Below the pieces are notes generated by a model, which had not been told where the DNA came from, ran no database searches, and saw only the letters and a list, made by a program, of their open reading frames with translations. Positions 35,699-48,295 of a DNA stretch of 64,000 bases are shown here, one piece after another. This DNA is from Eutreptiella sp. 'Long Island Sound 2002'. Lineage: Eukaryota; Protista; Euglenida. Each line of letters opens with the position of its first letter. Position 1 is the stretch's first letter. The stretch lies in the NCBI GenBank assembly GCA_964036045.1, contig OZ038378.1, positions 162,192,001-162,256,000 on the forward strand, given 5' to 3'. The position numbers and the translations under genes are program-made.

Positions 35699-36115
35699 CT
35701 GCTCGCTCCGCAGCTCCTCAACCTCCAGCACCAACTGCTCATTGCTGGCCTTCAGCACCGCACATTCCGTCTGAACCCCCGCCAATGCGTCCTGGTACTG
35801 CTTGGCAAACTGCCGCAGGCCAGCCAGCTCGTCCTTCAGGCGGCCGTCCAGGCGTGACACCTTCTCCAGCTCCCTCTTGTGCTGCTCGATGAGCCCCTGC
35901 TGGGTTTCGATGGTCCTGCTATTCTGCACGTTGGTGTCTCTGAGGCTGCTGATGGTCTTGGCGTGGTTCTTGTGGATCTCCTCCTCCGCCTCCAGCGCTT
36001 CTTCCAGCTGCTGCACCTGCTGTCTCAGATGTCGGACCGCCTTCTCTTGCTCCTGCAGTTCGGTTTGGTGTTGCTGGTGGTCACATTCCTCCTCTTGCAA
36101 TCTGTTTTCGAGCTC
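35699..36115 (-). CDS. Coiled-coil gene exon (ELENRLQEEE...EELRSEQ), 417 bp
   Basis: caaag|gag ... cag|gtgtgg; 139 codons; high GC3; heptad E/Q/L-rich. Confidence 0.85.
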
Positions 36116-36149
36116 CTTTGAGGAACGATCAGAAAATCGATGGTGCAAC

Positions 36150-36600
36150 AAATCGTACCCACACCCCATACCCCACATCCACACCCATACCCCACACTCC
36201 ACATCCCACATCCTACACGCAAAATCACACATCACACACCCCACATGCCGCATCATCCCGCATCATCCCACATCATCCCATATCATCCCATATCTTACAC
36301 TCCACATTGCATATCTCGGGTCCCACATCCCACATCCCACACCCCACATCCCACACATCACATTCCACATTTTACCCCCCCATCCCACACGGCCACACAC
36401 CACATGCCACACTCCACCTCCACATCCCACACACCAAGTCCCACACCCCATATGCCGCACCCCACATTCCACACCCCACCCCTACATCCCAGGACTCACA
36501 TCCCACGACCCACATCCCACAACCCACATCCCACACTCTACATCCCACACACCACACTCCCCTGCCCCCACATCCCACACACCGCATTCCGCACCCCCAC
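36150..36600. repeat. CACATCC-type low-complexity tract
   Basis: Degenerate cacatccca/cacaccc repeats in the intron next to the acceptor. Confidence 0.85.
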
Positions 36601-36785
36601 ACCAAAACGTTGCAGCTGCAAAGCACAAGCCCAAACCCAGGCTAGCATGCCCCACACATCCTGCCCCCGTGAGCCCACGTGCCCGGGGAGGGTTAGCCAT
36701 ACAATACGGGCCATTCTGCACCCTTTTTGGGAGCGTGTGCAGCAAAGCACTGTGCCCCCGGCAGTGCTCATAGCAGAAGGGGTAC

Positions 36786-36848
36786 CTTGATCCGCAGTGT
36801 GCACTCATGCACTTCAGCATCACCCTTGCTTTTGTCCCCTTGCAGCAC
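36786..36848 (-). CDS. Coiled-coil gene exon (VLQGDKSKGDAEVHECTLRIK)
   Basis: ctgctgcag|gtg ... aag|gtaccc; 63 bp; joins as LRIK|ELENRL. Confidence 0.75.
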
Positions 36849-38026
36849 CTGCAGCAGAGCAGGGCTTGTGAGTAAGGCTTGCTTTGGAACGTGCAATAGG
36901 AGGGAAAGTAAGGGAACCAGGTCTGTACCAACAATGACCTGAAAAAAGGTTGCCTCACAAACTTTGATCTCACTCCTCAGGAACGGACCGCTGGGGAGGG
37001 GGCACTTGAACTCGAGGGAAGGTGAGGTGGGACTCGCAAACACAGCACACCAAAAAGACTGAGTGGCAAATTCGGCCAGCTTCGAGATGGGGGGACCATT
37101 CAGTGCATTGGACACCCCCTGTATGAGGGTACCCCTCCACCCTGTGAGGATCTGAGATGGGATGGACCCCCCGTCAGAAAAAATTTCCAGGCACCCCAAT
37201 GCTCGCACAGTTCTGTCAAGACATGTCAACTCCCCCACTGTTGTTGCGATCCAAAGGCTGGGGAGCTGCAATTCAAATCAAGCTGAAATGCGCATCAACC
37301 CGGGCAGGGATTTGGAAATATGGATTTGGTTGGACAAAATACCTACATTTCCTCGTCGAAATGGACTGCAGACTACATTGAAACCACACCCATTTGTTGA
37401 CTTCAAAACGCAAATTATATTTAACAATTTGGTTGAATGTTTTGTCACCCCATCCCATCTCACAACATTTTATCCCCTCCCTTGTAAGCCCCTTCCCCCT
37501 CATGTAAGCACCGCCCAGACACCATAATCAAGTTGTTATGGAGCAGCGAACAAATTTAGGTCATTCTTTGGTGGTAGTTGAAATACATATTTAACACGGG
37601 GGGGGACCCCCCAAATCAGGGAGGAATCAAAATGTTTACATAACCCCTGCCATCTCGGGGGACCCCTAAGCGGGGAGGAGTGTCAAGGGCGACATGACCC
37701 CTACCATCCAAGGGTTTCCGGGATGGGCAGGAATCAACACGGCTACATAGCCTCTCCTATCCCAGGTCCCCAAGATGAGGACCACACAACCCTGCCGTCT
37801 TGGAGTCCCCAAGATGGGAGCGAATCAGTGGCTGCATAACCCCTACTGTCAAGGGGTACGCTGAACATGGGGGAATCAAAATGTCCACATAGCCCCCGCC
37901 TTCTCACGGAGCGGGAAGGAGCGTTTCAGGGAGGAATGCAAAGAGGTATATGACCCCTGCCGTTTCAGGGGCCCCAAGATGGGGAGGAATCGCAAGTGGC
38001 TGTACAACCCCTACAGGGGGGGGGGG

Positions 38027-39010
38027 GGGATTTAGGCTGGGTATATTTTCGGCGGGGGATATTTTCGGCGGGGAAAATTTCGGCAGGGGAAAATTTCGGC
38101 ACCCCAAATTCTATTGCCTTCGGCAGTGCACCTCGAAGAGAGGCTGACAGTCAGCCAATCAGTCAGTTAGCCAGGCCAGCAGCCAGACAGAAAGAAACAC
38201 ACAGGTTGGGTTTTGTGTCAGTGGCAGACTCGGCTCCGAGCAGTGGGGAGTACATTTGCCCCTAGGGCAAGTAGTGGCCGAATGGCAATGCAGCTTACCG
38301 CAGTCTTTTTGGTCGGCGGATCGAACCCTAGTCGGGCGAACATGGCGGCGATGCAGGCGATGACAGTTGACCGTCCAGGATTCGAAACTGCCAACCCAAA
38401 AGTCTGCAGCCGGCTGCGTTACCATTCGACCGGGGTTTGTTGTAACAGCAACATGCCCCCCCACTGCTTGGAGCCTTCTGACCACAAACTTTTGACCCCC
38501 CACCCCACCCCCCACCCCCATCCCCCCCCCCCCCCCCCTCAAAAAATGATCTACAGTTTTAGGGGATAGAGGCCTCAGAATCAAAAAATCCATTGGGGGA
38601 TTGTCTTATTGGGCAAAATAATGATTTTACAAGGGGTTGGACATCAAATATCATGACCCCAAAAAAGGGGGGTATACGACGCCCGCACTTGCGCTTGATC
38701 TAACAACCTCTCTTCGAGGTGATTTTGGTGCCTTGGAGACAGTTGCGGGAAATTTCGGCACACCCAAATTCTGCGGAACAATACATGCCAAATCAGCAAG
38801 GCGGTCGGCTCTCCATATTGAGGGGGGTACTAACTCGAGGAAAGGGTCCAGTTTCCTCAAGTCCACACAATTCCCCACATGGCGAGTAGTGCCCAAATTA
38901 CTGGCCCTAGTCGCGCAAAATATTTCACGGGGAAAACCTCGGCACCAATCTGAAAGCCGAAATTTTCCCCACGAAATTGTCCCCTGCCAAAAGCCCCCCC
39001 CCCCCCCCCC
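38027..39010. mobile_element. G-run-terminated element with inverted ggggaaaatttcggc subterminal repeats, hosting the tRNA-pair element
   Basis: Left ggggaaaatttcggc repeats versus right gccgaaattttcccc; splits the 37.6-39.3 kb tandem-repeat field. Confidence 0.5.
38129..38721. mobile_element. ~590-bp inverted-repeat element with two convergent tRNA-like modules (copy 2)
   Basis: cacctcgaagagagg(c)tg ... caacctctcttcgaggtg; modules at about 38270-38338 (+; TGGCCGAATGG, GGATCGAACCC) and 38362-38435 (-; CGGTCGAATGG, GTTTCGAATCC). Confidence 0.8.
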
Positions 39011-40905
39011 CCACTGTCCCCTTTGAGGGTCTCCAAAGCAGGGAGGAACGTCAAGGGCAAATACCCCTAATAATAATACCGAGGTCCCCAGGATAGGACG
39101 GATCAGAAATGGCTGCATACCCTTACAGTCCTGGGTCCCCACAGCGGGAAGGAATGTAACCCCTGCATAACCCCTGCCGTCTAGGGGTCCCAGAAAGGGG
39201 AGGAAATAGACGTGGCTGCATGACCTCTGCCATCTTGGGGTCTTTAAGGCCGGGAGGAATGTAGAGGGTGCGCAGGTCCTCCAGATGGGAAGGAATCAAG
39301 AATTGGCTACACAACACCTGCCGTCTCGGGATCCTGGGTCTCGGGGCTCAAAAATTTTGTCACCACAAACATTATTTGTAAAAGGGAGGGCTTTGTGTCG
39401 CCAAATGCCCTTAAACCCCTCCCACGGAGCTTTTTTTTGGCGGGGGGGGGGGTCCAAACCAAGTCACGATAAATGATTTCTTCGCCATTCCCCCTCCCCT
39501 CTTTATAAAACCATGGGGAACAATGAGGCTTGCCTAGTGGTGGCCATGAGCACCCCAAAAAAAGGACTGTTTGCAGACCATCATCGTGAGGAGCATTTCC
39601 CTACGAGGTGGGTGTGCGAAACGTAATTAAATGGCAATGTTTGGGCGACCCCCCAATGAGCCCAGGACGGTTGGCCCAAGGTTTGATCAAGATTTGCTGG
39701 CACTACAGGCACATGCAAGCTCGTGGGCCGCCATCGCACCCATTAGGCCTCCTACCACAAAAAATAGAATGTTTCAGCAACCACTTCTTGCACCCCCCTT
39801 CAGCCTCTTGCCTCCCAAGCGCATCTAGGAATGTCCCTCGGTAACCCTCGCACCCAAGCGGACTAGAGCACACAGCGAACCAAAAAATGCTTGAAGGCAA
39901 AAGAACACGTTTTGTTTCCTCAAACCCTGCCTCGGACTGGCTGTAGCCTCTTGAAACCCCAGACATTCCGGCTTGCACTGAAAACAGGGTTGAAATGCAA
40001 TGGCTGCGAAATCAACAATGAGGGTGACAAAATCCAACTTCCCAGACTGCAGTTGTTTTATGAACAATGGTGACCACGTACAGTGATTGCAAAACACTTT
40101 TTATTTTGTGCTTTTGGGCGGGTGTGACCCTTCAGCTTCAGGGTGGGAGGGGGTGCTATGGCTTGACCTTGGGTCCTCCGTGTTCAGCCTCATGAGGTCA
40201 CTGGGTGCGGACTGGCAGATCACACTGCAACTCCAACCTGCCCGAACCACTGCACCTTCAAGAGTTCGTTGTGCTGCTCCCACGTGCTTGCCTCCCCATA
40301 TCATGAGCCCACAAAGCCCTGTGTTGTGCTGGAGTGTGGCAGGGCTGATGGTGGTGGGTGGGGGGGGAGCAGCCCATCGTGACGCCCCCCCTCCAATCTG
40401 ATAATGGGGGAATGTTTTCCAATTCACATCAACCCTGCACCCTCGGACGTCAGTCTTCCCCCCGACCTCAGCTGCAGCACACCCCTACACCCCTCTTGCC
40501 CGCAACCAACCCTTTCCACACACCCCTCGCCCTCAACCAACGGCCCCCAACCAACCCCTTTGCCCGCGCTCCTCCTGTCCTCAATCTAACCAAGTGCTTG
40601 AATTCGGGGTGTCACCCCTGATCAAAATCTTTATTCTGTCCAACTGCAGCATCCTCCAATGATCTCATGGTCGAAGGTTCCCCATACCCCCTGCACCGAG
40701 AACCCATTTTTGAAGGGGCTGGGGGTGGGGGTGGGGGTGGGGGTGGGGGGGGCTCATATAAAACTTGGCCTTTTGCGGTCATTATGCTTCAATCCAGACC
40801 CAAGTCCGGTTCAACTTTTAGCTTTTACATGACCCCTGCCCAATTACACTGCACGCACTGGAGCACAGGGCGTGGCGCATCCCCCTCACAGCGCCAAACA
40901 CACAC

Positions 40906-40993
40906 CTTGAGTCGGCATTCCAGAGCAGCATTGGCCTTGTTTAGAGAGACCACTTCGTTTTCCAGGGAAATAATTTGCTTGGACTGTTGGCGC
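40906..40993 (-). CDS. Coiled-coil gene exon (RQQSKQIISLENEVVSLNKANAALECRLK)
   Basis: ctgcag|g cgc ... aag|gtgtgt; its phase-2 start completes ATG with the 42140 donor. Confidence 0.8.
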
Positions 40994-42139
40994 CTGCAGC
41001 CGCACGAAGACACGAGGCAGAGCTGGCCAGCACTCACAGCCCCGCGTGCCCGCACCAGGCGCGGCAGGTGTGTGTGGGGGAGGGGAACCCGCACCGGGAT
41101 ATGACGGGTGCAGATGGATGCCCTCCTTTGGGAGGAGCATCGGAGGAGGAGGTTCGGGCTTTTGCATACATCACTGCGCTGTTGTTGAACAAAGGGAACG
41201 TCCCAAACAAACCCAAAGGCGAGCAATGTGCAGCACCCGTTCAGCTTTGCAACACTGTGGAGAGAGACAGACAGACAGACAGAGAGAGAGAGAGTGTGTG
41301 TGTGTGTGTGTGTGCGAGAGAGACCGCCACGTGGCCCGTGCAATTGCGATCAAGCTCTGTTCCTGCGGCAGTACCGTGTGCACAGGGACGGGGTGCCACG
41401 GAACAGGACATCGGGGGGCACACCAACAAATCTCACAACTTCACTCGGGGGGTGGCAGGGCGGGTGGTTGTCTGGCCCTCCTGACCTGATGGCGCAGTGT
41501 GCGGCAGGGGCCCTCCGCTCTCAGGCCCCATACGGGGCACAGAGCCTGAGAATGGGGCGTTCCCTAAAAAGGAGGCATGAAAACTCGGCCAACATATCTG
41601 GATGACCGCCACGATGAGACAGAGAGTCAACGGAGGCTCGGTACCAGGGATGCATTAGAAGGGAAGGGATCTCAGGGGCCGCCGCGGAGGCGGTTAGACG
41701 GGTGGTTGCAGGAGGGTGCCAAAGCGGTTGGGGGCGGTTACTGTCGGTTGCACATGTCATTGAGGCTGGCACTTGCCATCAGGGGGACAGTGGCTGGGCA
41801 TAGGCTGGGCATAGGCTGGGTACCTCCCCCCGCTTCCAATGCATCCCTGCTCAGTACCAGTGTTTGGCACCGCTGCCGATTCATGCAGCCCCCAACGCCC
41901 TGTTCCCCGACCGGTGCCCGCGGGCTTCACGCGCCGCATGTCTCAGACCGGCGCGGCCTGCGGGGCACTCGCCAGGGGTCCGGATCACCAAGTGTTACCC
42001 AGCGGTGGTGCGCCGCTCGTGCCCCAGGACATCGCGGCATGCGGAGAGGTCGGACACGGAGCGCCTGTTTGGGGAGGGGGGGGTCAGGGTCGGCCCGCCC
42101 CACCCCCTTTGCGCCCCCCCCCCTTCCGTCGCAACATAC

Positions 42140-42288
42140 ATGTGCTCCGTGTCATGCAATCCCTGCGTCTGCTTCAGGGACACCAGCTCCTCCTGCACGC
42201 TCTGCTTCACGCGGGTCTCCTGCTCCAGCTGCGCGAGCAGACTGGACACGCGCCGCTCCATCTGCTTCAGCTGCGAGCTCGTCCAGGC
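42140..42288 (-). CDS. Coiled-coil gene exon (AWTSSQLKQMERR...LHDTEH)
   Basis: cccgcag|gcc ... cac at|gtatgt; high GC3. Confidence 0.8.
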
Positions 42289-43380
42289 CTGCGGGGGGGG
42301 GGGGGGCACCGGAGGGTGTGGGGGTGAAGGACGCACGCCTCCGGACGTTCGCGGAGATCTGGGGCCCACCGGTGGCACTTGTACCAGAGGCCCGGACTCA
42401 AAACACATTGCCCTGTCCCAGTGCCGGCGGTGCACGAACTGCAGGCAGTCGACCACCGAATCGACTGCTGGCGGGTCGCCGCCGACCGCCAACCGCGCGG
42501 GTCTGGACGTTCCCAAAAGAAAACGCGAATGCCGGCGTTGGAAGGGGCCTTATGGAAGGCCCTGCATTGCACACAAGTGAACAGCACCTTCCGACGAGCG
42601 GTCGACCTGTATGGGCCCGCGGTCCATTGCAACTCCGGGGGAGGGGGGCCCTTCGAGCCGATGTGAATTAGGGGAGGCGGGGGTCTGGAAAACAGACTCG
42701 AAGGGCCGGGCCTTATTTGTCCCGAGTGCCAAAAAAAAATTGGGTGGTGGACCGGATTTGCCAGATTTATGTGTAAAATCACGTGCTTCAGCGCTTTTTA
42801 GACGTCCTGCGGTGCTTGTGGTGGGCCCGGCCCTTGGGGCCTAATGAGAGGGGGGGGGGGTGTCTGGGGGAGAGGCTCGAAGGGCCCTCCTCCCCCGGAG
42901 TTGCACTGGGCCACGGGCCATAGGGTGTCCTGCAGAGGGGCTGAATGGGATCTCCAAGGGACCATCGACCGCCGGAGATGTCGGCCATGGAGAACGCCAA
43001 AGGCGCGCCACAAGCACTGCAGGATTTGAGACTTCCCCTGTTTGTGCAGGACGGCAAATCCCCGGAAAAAGATCGCCGGAAATTCGGGTTCCTTTTTGGC
43101 CTTTTCCCAGAGCAAAGCGGCAACGGACGGGCGCGGTGATCTCGCTCTCTGGAGACGACGTGCAAGACGTAGTCGGGCGAGCTTCCGATCTCGGCCCAAC
43201 GCTGCACGAGTGCATTGAAGTGTTTCCGGTGTACTATCGTATGCTGCCCCGCGGGGGTGCGCGTTCTGGTGACGTGTGCCGCAAAACCCCACCACCGATC
43301 CAGCACCACCGTCATTGTCCCCAATCACAAGCCCAGCAGCAGCAAATGGCACTGAACACGCACCGACCCCTGCAATATAC

Positions 43381-43464
43381 CTCAGTCGGCTCCGCCTCGT
43401 CACCAGAGTCGATCACGCTGGCACTGGTGCGGCTGCAATTTAGCATTTGGTCCCGGCGGGCAAT
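43381..43464 (-). CDS. Coiled-coil gene exon (IARRDQMLNCSRTSASVIDSGDEAEPTE)
   Basis: cttcacaag|att ... gag|gtatat; 84 bp. Confidence 0.7.
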
Positions 43465-44379
43465 CTTGTGAAGACAGCGGAATGGTGGACGGGGCATGCG
43501 GAGGGCAGAAGCTTGGGAACCCAAAGCACAGTGGGAACCCGTCTGCAGGACACACACGTCAACATTGGCTACCACACCATGTTCTAATGATGCATGACCA
43601 CGAACCCCGGGTGGGGAAGCCGGGATAGATATAAAGGGGCCCAAGCGCCCTCCAGGGGGCAGGGGGGCAGGGCAGGGATGTATTGGAAGAGAGGAGGCAT
43701 TCGCCTTTTCAAGTCCTGGACGCTAGTGCGATTGAGGGGATCAGGGGGTTAGCGGGTGAGAGCTCATCTATATACAGTGGAAGAGATTGGAGGGAGGGGC
43801 GGGTTTGGCTGGACCCCCCTTCCTCCTTCCAGGTGTCACACCCTCTGGTGGGGGCGGTCCCCATGATGAGCCAGAGGCACCCATTTCCTGTGAGCAGGCT
43901 CAGCCTCGCAGATGAGACGCCGTGCGTCGCCGCCCAAGTGACAGGCGCGATGGCCCAGAGGGCCCCGCGAGTGCGTATCAGCCTACCCACACAATCCACA
44001 CCAGGCTGATCCAAACCTGTTGCGCCGGTCCTTGTGGGACCCAGGGCGTAGAGACAAAAAAAAAATAAAAGGAAACCCAATGCGACGCGTAACCCCACAC
44101 AAGTGACACCGTCCTGGAGGCGGCCCCATACCCCGCTGAAGGGATCACCATGAAGAGACATGGTGCCTAACTAGTCATCATGTGGTGCTGGGCGGTCCAG
44201 TGCTGAGCCGGCCTGCGTGAGCTGAGGAGGGTGGTCCTCCCTAGAAACGCACACGACAAGTCCCACAACAAGGACACCGCGCAGTGCACGCGGCGCACGA
44301 CGCGACGCACAGGTGCACGCGGAGCGACACGAGAGACAACAAGACGCACGACGCAGTGCACACCGCACAGGCCACACAG

Positions 44380-47170
44380 CAGGCTCCAATAGTCCCTTGA
44401 TTGGTAACGGGACTGGGGCACACCAGCAGTGACTGCAGCATGCGAACGTGCTGCCAATAGGCTGTGGTGCACAAGCTACAGCACAAGGAATGCAGGCCCC
44501 AAGAGCCCCTTGATTGGTGACGGGACTGGGGCATTACTGCAGCCAGTGGCCGCAGCATAACAGCGCTGCAAAGATGCTGCACAAGCTACAGCACAAGGGC
44601 AGCAGGCTCCAATAGTCCCTTGATTGGTAACGGGACTGGGCACTCCTGCTGTGACTGCAGCATGCGAACGTGCTGCCAGTGGTCTGTGGTGCACAGGCTG
44701 CAGCACAAGGACTGCAGGCCCCAAGAGCCCCTTGATTGGTGACGGGACTGGGGCATTACTGCAGCCAGTGGCTGCAGCATAACAGTGCTGCAGAGATGCT
44801 GCAGCAGTCAGGCTGCGAAAGAAGGGCTGCAGGCTCCAATAGTCCCTTGATTGGTAACGGGACTGGGCACACCTGCAGTGACTGCAGCACGCGAACATGC
44901 TGCCAATGGGCTGTGGTGCACAGGCTGCAGCACAAGGACTGCAGGCCCCAATAGCCCCTTGATTGGTGACGGGACTGGGGCATTACTGCGGCCAGTGGCC
45001 GCAGCATAACAGCGCTGCAGAGATGCTGCAGCAGTCAGACTCCGCGGTGGAGGCACAAGACCTCCGTTGTGGAGGCACAAGACCTCCGCGGTGGAGGCAC
45101 AACACCTCCGCGGTGGAGACACAAGACCTCCGTTGTGGAGGCACAAGACCTCAGCCGTGGAGGCAGAAGACCTCCGCACGACACAAGGGCTGCAGGCTCC
45201 AATAGTCCCTTGATTGGTAACGGGACTGGGGCACTCCTGCAGTGACTGCAGCATGCGAACGTGCTGCCAATGGGCTGTGGTGCACAGGCTGCAGCACAAG
45301 GACTGCAGGCCCCAAGAGCCCCTTGATTGGTGACGGGACTGGGGCATTACTGCAGCCAGTGGCTGCAGCATAACAGCGCTGCAGAGATGCTACAGCAGTC
45401 AGGCTGCGACACAAGGGCAGCAGGCTCCAATAGTCCCTTGATTGGTAACGGGACTGGGCACTCCTGCAGTGACTGCAGCATGCGAACATGCCGCCAATGG
45501 GCTGTGGTGCACAGGCTGCAGCACAAGGACTGCGGGCCCCAAGAGCCCCTTGATTGGTGACGGGACTGGGGCATTACTGCAGCCAGTGGCTGCAGCATAA
45601 CAGCGCTGCAGAGATGCTGCAGCAGTCAGGCTGCGACGGGCACTCCTGCAGTGACTGCAGCACGCGAACGTGCTGCCAATGGCCTGTGGTGCAAAGGCTG
45701 CAGCACAAGGACTGCAGGCCCCAATAGCCCCTTGATTGGTGGCAGGACTGGGGCATTACTGCGGCCAGTGGCCGCAGCACAACAGCGCTGCAGAGATGCT
45801 GCAGCAGTCAGACTCCGCGGTGGAGGCACAAGACCTCCGTTGTGGAGGCACAAGACCTCCGCGGTGGAGGCACAACACCTCCGCGGTGGAGACACAAGAC
45901 CTCCGCGGTGGAGGCACAAGACCTCCGCCGTGGAGGCACAAGACCTCTGCACGACACAAGGGCTGCAGGCCCCAATAGCCCCTTCATTGGTAACGGGACT
46001 GGGGTACTCCTGCAATGACTGCAGCATGCGAACGTGCTGCCAATGGGCTGTGGTGCACAGGCTGCAACACAAGGACTGCAGGCCCCAATAGCCTCCTGAT
46101 TGGTGACAGGACTGGGGCATTACTGCAGCCAGTGGCTGCAGCATAACAGCGCTGCAGAGATGCTGCAGCAGTCAGGCTGCGTGCGACACAAGGGCTGCAG
46201 GCTCCAATAGTCCCTTGATTGGTAACGGGACTGGGGCACACCTGCAGTGACTGCAGCATGCAAACTTGCTGCCAATGGGCTGTGGTGCACAAGCTACAGC
46301 ACAGGGACTGCAGGCCCCAAGAGCCCCTTGATTGGTGACGGGACTGGGGCATTACTGCAGCCAGTGGCTGCAGCATAACAGCGCTGCAGAGATGCTGCAG
46401 CAGTCAAGCTGCGACACAAGGGCTGCAGGCTCCAATAGTCCCTTGATTGGTAACGGGACTGGGCACACCTGCAGTGACTGCAGCATGCGAACGTGCTGCC
46501 AATGTGGTGCAAAGGCTGCAGCACAAGGACTGCAGGCCCCAATGGCCTCTTGATTGGTGACGGGACTGGGGCAATACTGCGGCCAGTGGCCGCAGCATAA
46601 CAGCGCTGCAGAGATGCTGCAGCAGTCAGACTCCGCGGTGGAGGCACAAGACCTCCGTTGTGGAGGCACAAGACCTCCGCGGTGGAGGCACAACACCTCC
46701 GCGGTGGAGACACAAGACCTCCGTTGTGGAGGCACAAGACCTCAGCCGTGGAGGCACAAGACCTCCGCACGACACAAGGGCTGCAGGCTCCAATAGTCCC
46801 TTGATTGGTAACGGGACTGGGGCACTCCTGCAGTGACTGCAGCATGCGAACGTGCTGCCAATGGGCTGTGGTGCACAGGCTGCAACACAAGGACTGCAGG
46901 CCCCAATAGCCCCTTGATTGGTGACGGGACTGGGGCATTACTGCAGCCAGTGGCTGCAGCATAACAGTGCTGCAGAGATGCTGCAGCAGTCAGGCTGCGA
47001 CACAAGGGCTGCAGGCTCCAATAGTCCCTTGATTGGAAACGGAACTGGGGCACTCCTGCAGTGACTGCAGCATGCGAACATGCTGCCAATGGGCTGTGGT
47101 GCACAGGCTGGAGGCACAACACCTCCGCCGTGGAGGCACAAGACCTCCGCGCTGGGGGCATAAGAAGTCC
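44380..47170. repeat. Intronic satellite: ~228-bp dimeric unit plus periodic blocks of ~22-bp hairpin repeats
   Basis: ccaatagtcccttgattggtaacggg recurs at spacings of about 222-233 bp, or about 360 bp where a gtggaggcacaagacctccgc block intervenes. Confidence 0.95.
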
Positions 47171-47365
47171 GCAGCGGAGGCACAAGCAAAGACGCCGAGC
47201 CCGCGCCAAGCACTGCGCATGAAGAGCACGAAGCGCACGCGCCAGCGCACGCGACGAACCCCGAGCACGCTCTGGGCCACCTGAGGGTGAGGTGACTGCC
47301 CTAGCGTCCGCCGGAGGCCGCCACCGGCAAAGCGAGAGGCAACCCACGGGCAGCCGATACCGCAC

Positions 47366-47392
47366 GGCCTAACTAACCTAACCTAACCTAAC
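47366..47392. repeat. Short (CCTAA)n tract at the edge of a dispersed repeat
   Basis: cctaactaacctaacctaacctaacc. Confidence 0.6.
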
Positions 47393-48109
47393 CCCCTTCC
47401 TCCTATGGTTCCCCCTACCCGAGCACCAGAAGCGCTGGAAAAAATTTCAGGAAATGAATTTTAAGCTTAAATCCTTTTGCGTGGAAGAAAGTTTGCCTCA
47501 AACAGTGGAAGAGGAGGAGGGGGGGACCCCTCCTCCTACGGTTGTCAGCCGCTCTAATACATCCCTGGGGCGGGGCCTTGCAGGAGGATGGACCGCAGAC
47601 CCCTTCGAGGGGATGCGGTGCAGCGCCTGTGGACCCTGGTAATTCCCTTGTTTGCCTCTTCTCCCTCGAAAGACGGCCCTTAGGGATCCCGAAACGGGGG
47701 GCATCTCAGTCGAGTTCTGGACCGCAACGGCGTGAGCAGGGGAGTCTGGAGGGGCTGGAGGTGGTGGGGCGGGGGGGGGGGGGGCTAGCCCTACAAGCGA
47801 CCGCCACCCCAGGCGACCCACCTCCTCTGTTCTCATGCCCCCCCTGGACCCGCCAGGAAACAAGGCACAAATCCAAATGAGAGCAGTGTGCGAAGGATTG
47901 GGGGCTGGTGACCACATGTGCCACCCGCACGGCGCAGAAGGCGGAAGGAGCAAAGGAAACCGCGGCCATCAGACTTGTGCAGGACCGTGACTGTGCCCAC
48001 ACGTCCTCTTGTCTCAGCCCACACACCCCCTCTCCTTCGCAAGGGGCAAAGCCAAGGCACCGAGCTTTGGAGATGTGCCCCATTTGGGATGCAGGCCACC
48101 CCTTTGGTC

Positions 48110-48295
48110 CACAATGGCCCCCCAATGACCCCCCAATGACCCCCCAATGGCCCCCCAATGACCCCTCAATGACCCCTCAATGACCCCCCCCAATGAACCC
48201 CCAATGGCCCCTCAATGACCCCCCAATGACCCCCCCAATGACCCCCCAATGACCCCCCAATGACCCCCCCAATGACCCCCCCAATGACCCCCGAC
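48110..48295. repeat. (CCCCCCAATGA)n 11-12-mer minisatellite
   Basis: About 15 units with variable C-run length. Confidence 0.92.

Noticed and set aside
40150-40240. Possible extra exon of the coiled-coil gene
   Set aside because: The only open frame has phase 1-2 borders, incompatible with the phase-0 neighbours.
40720-40752. (GGGGGT)n and the many other G-runs as functional G-quadruplexes
   Set aside because: G/C homopolymers are pervasive across the window, so no single site stands out.
44380-47170. CRISPR-like appearance of short hairpin repeats
   Set aside because: The intervening sequences are themselves repeats, not unique spacers; no cas genes; eukaryotic intron.
44241-47365. Many repeated ORFs in the satellite
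   Set aside because: Frames break between monomers; no consistent coding strand.
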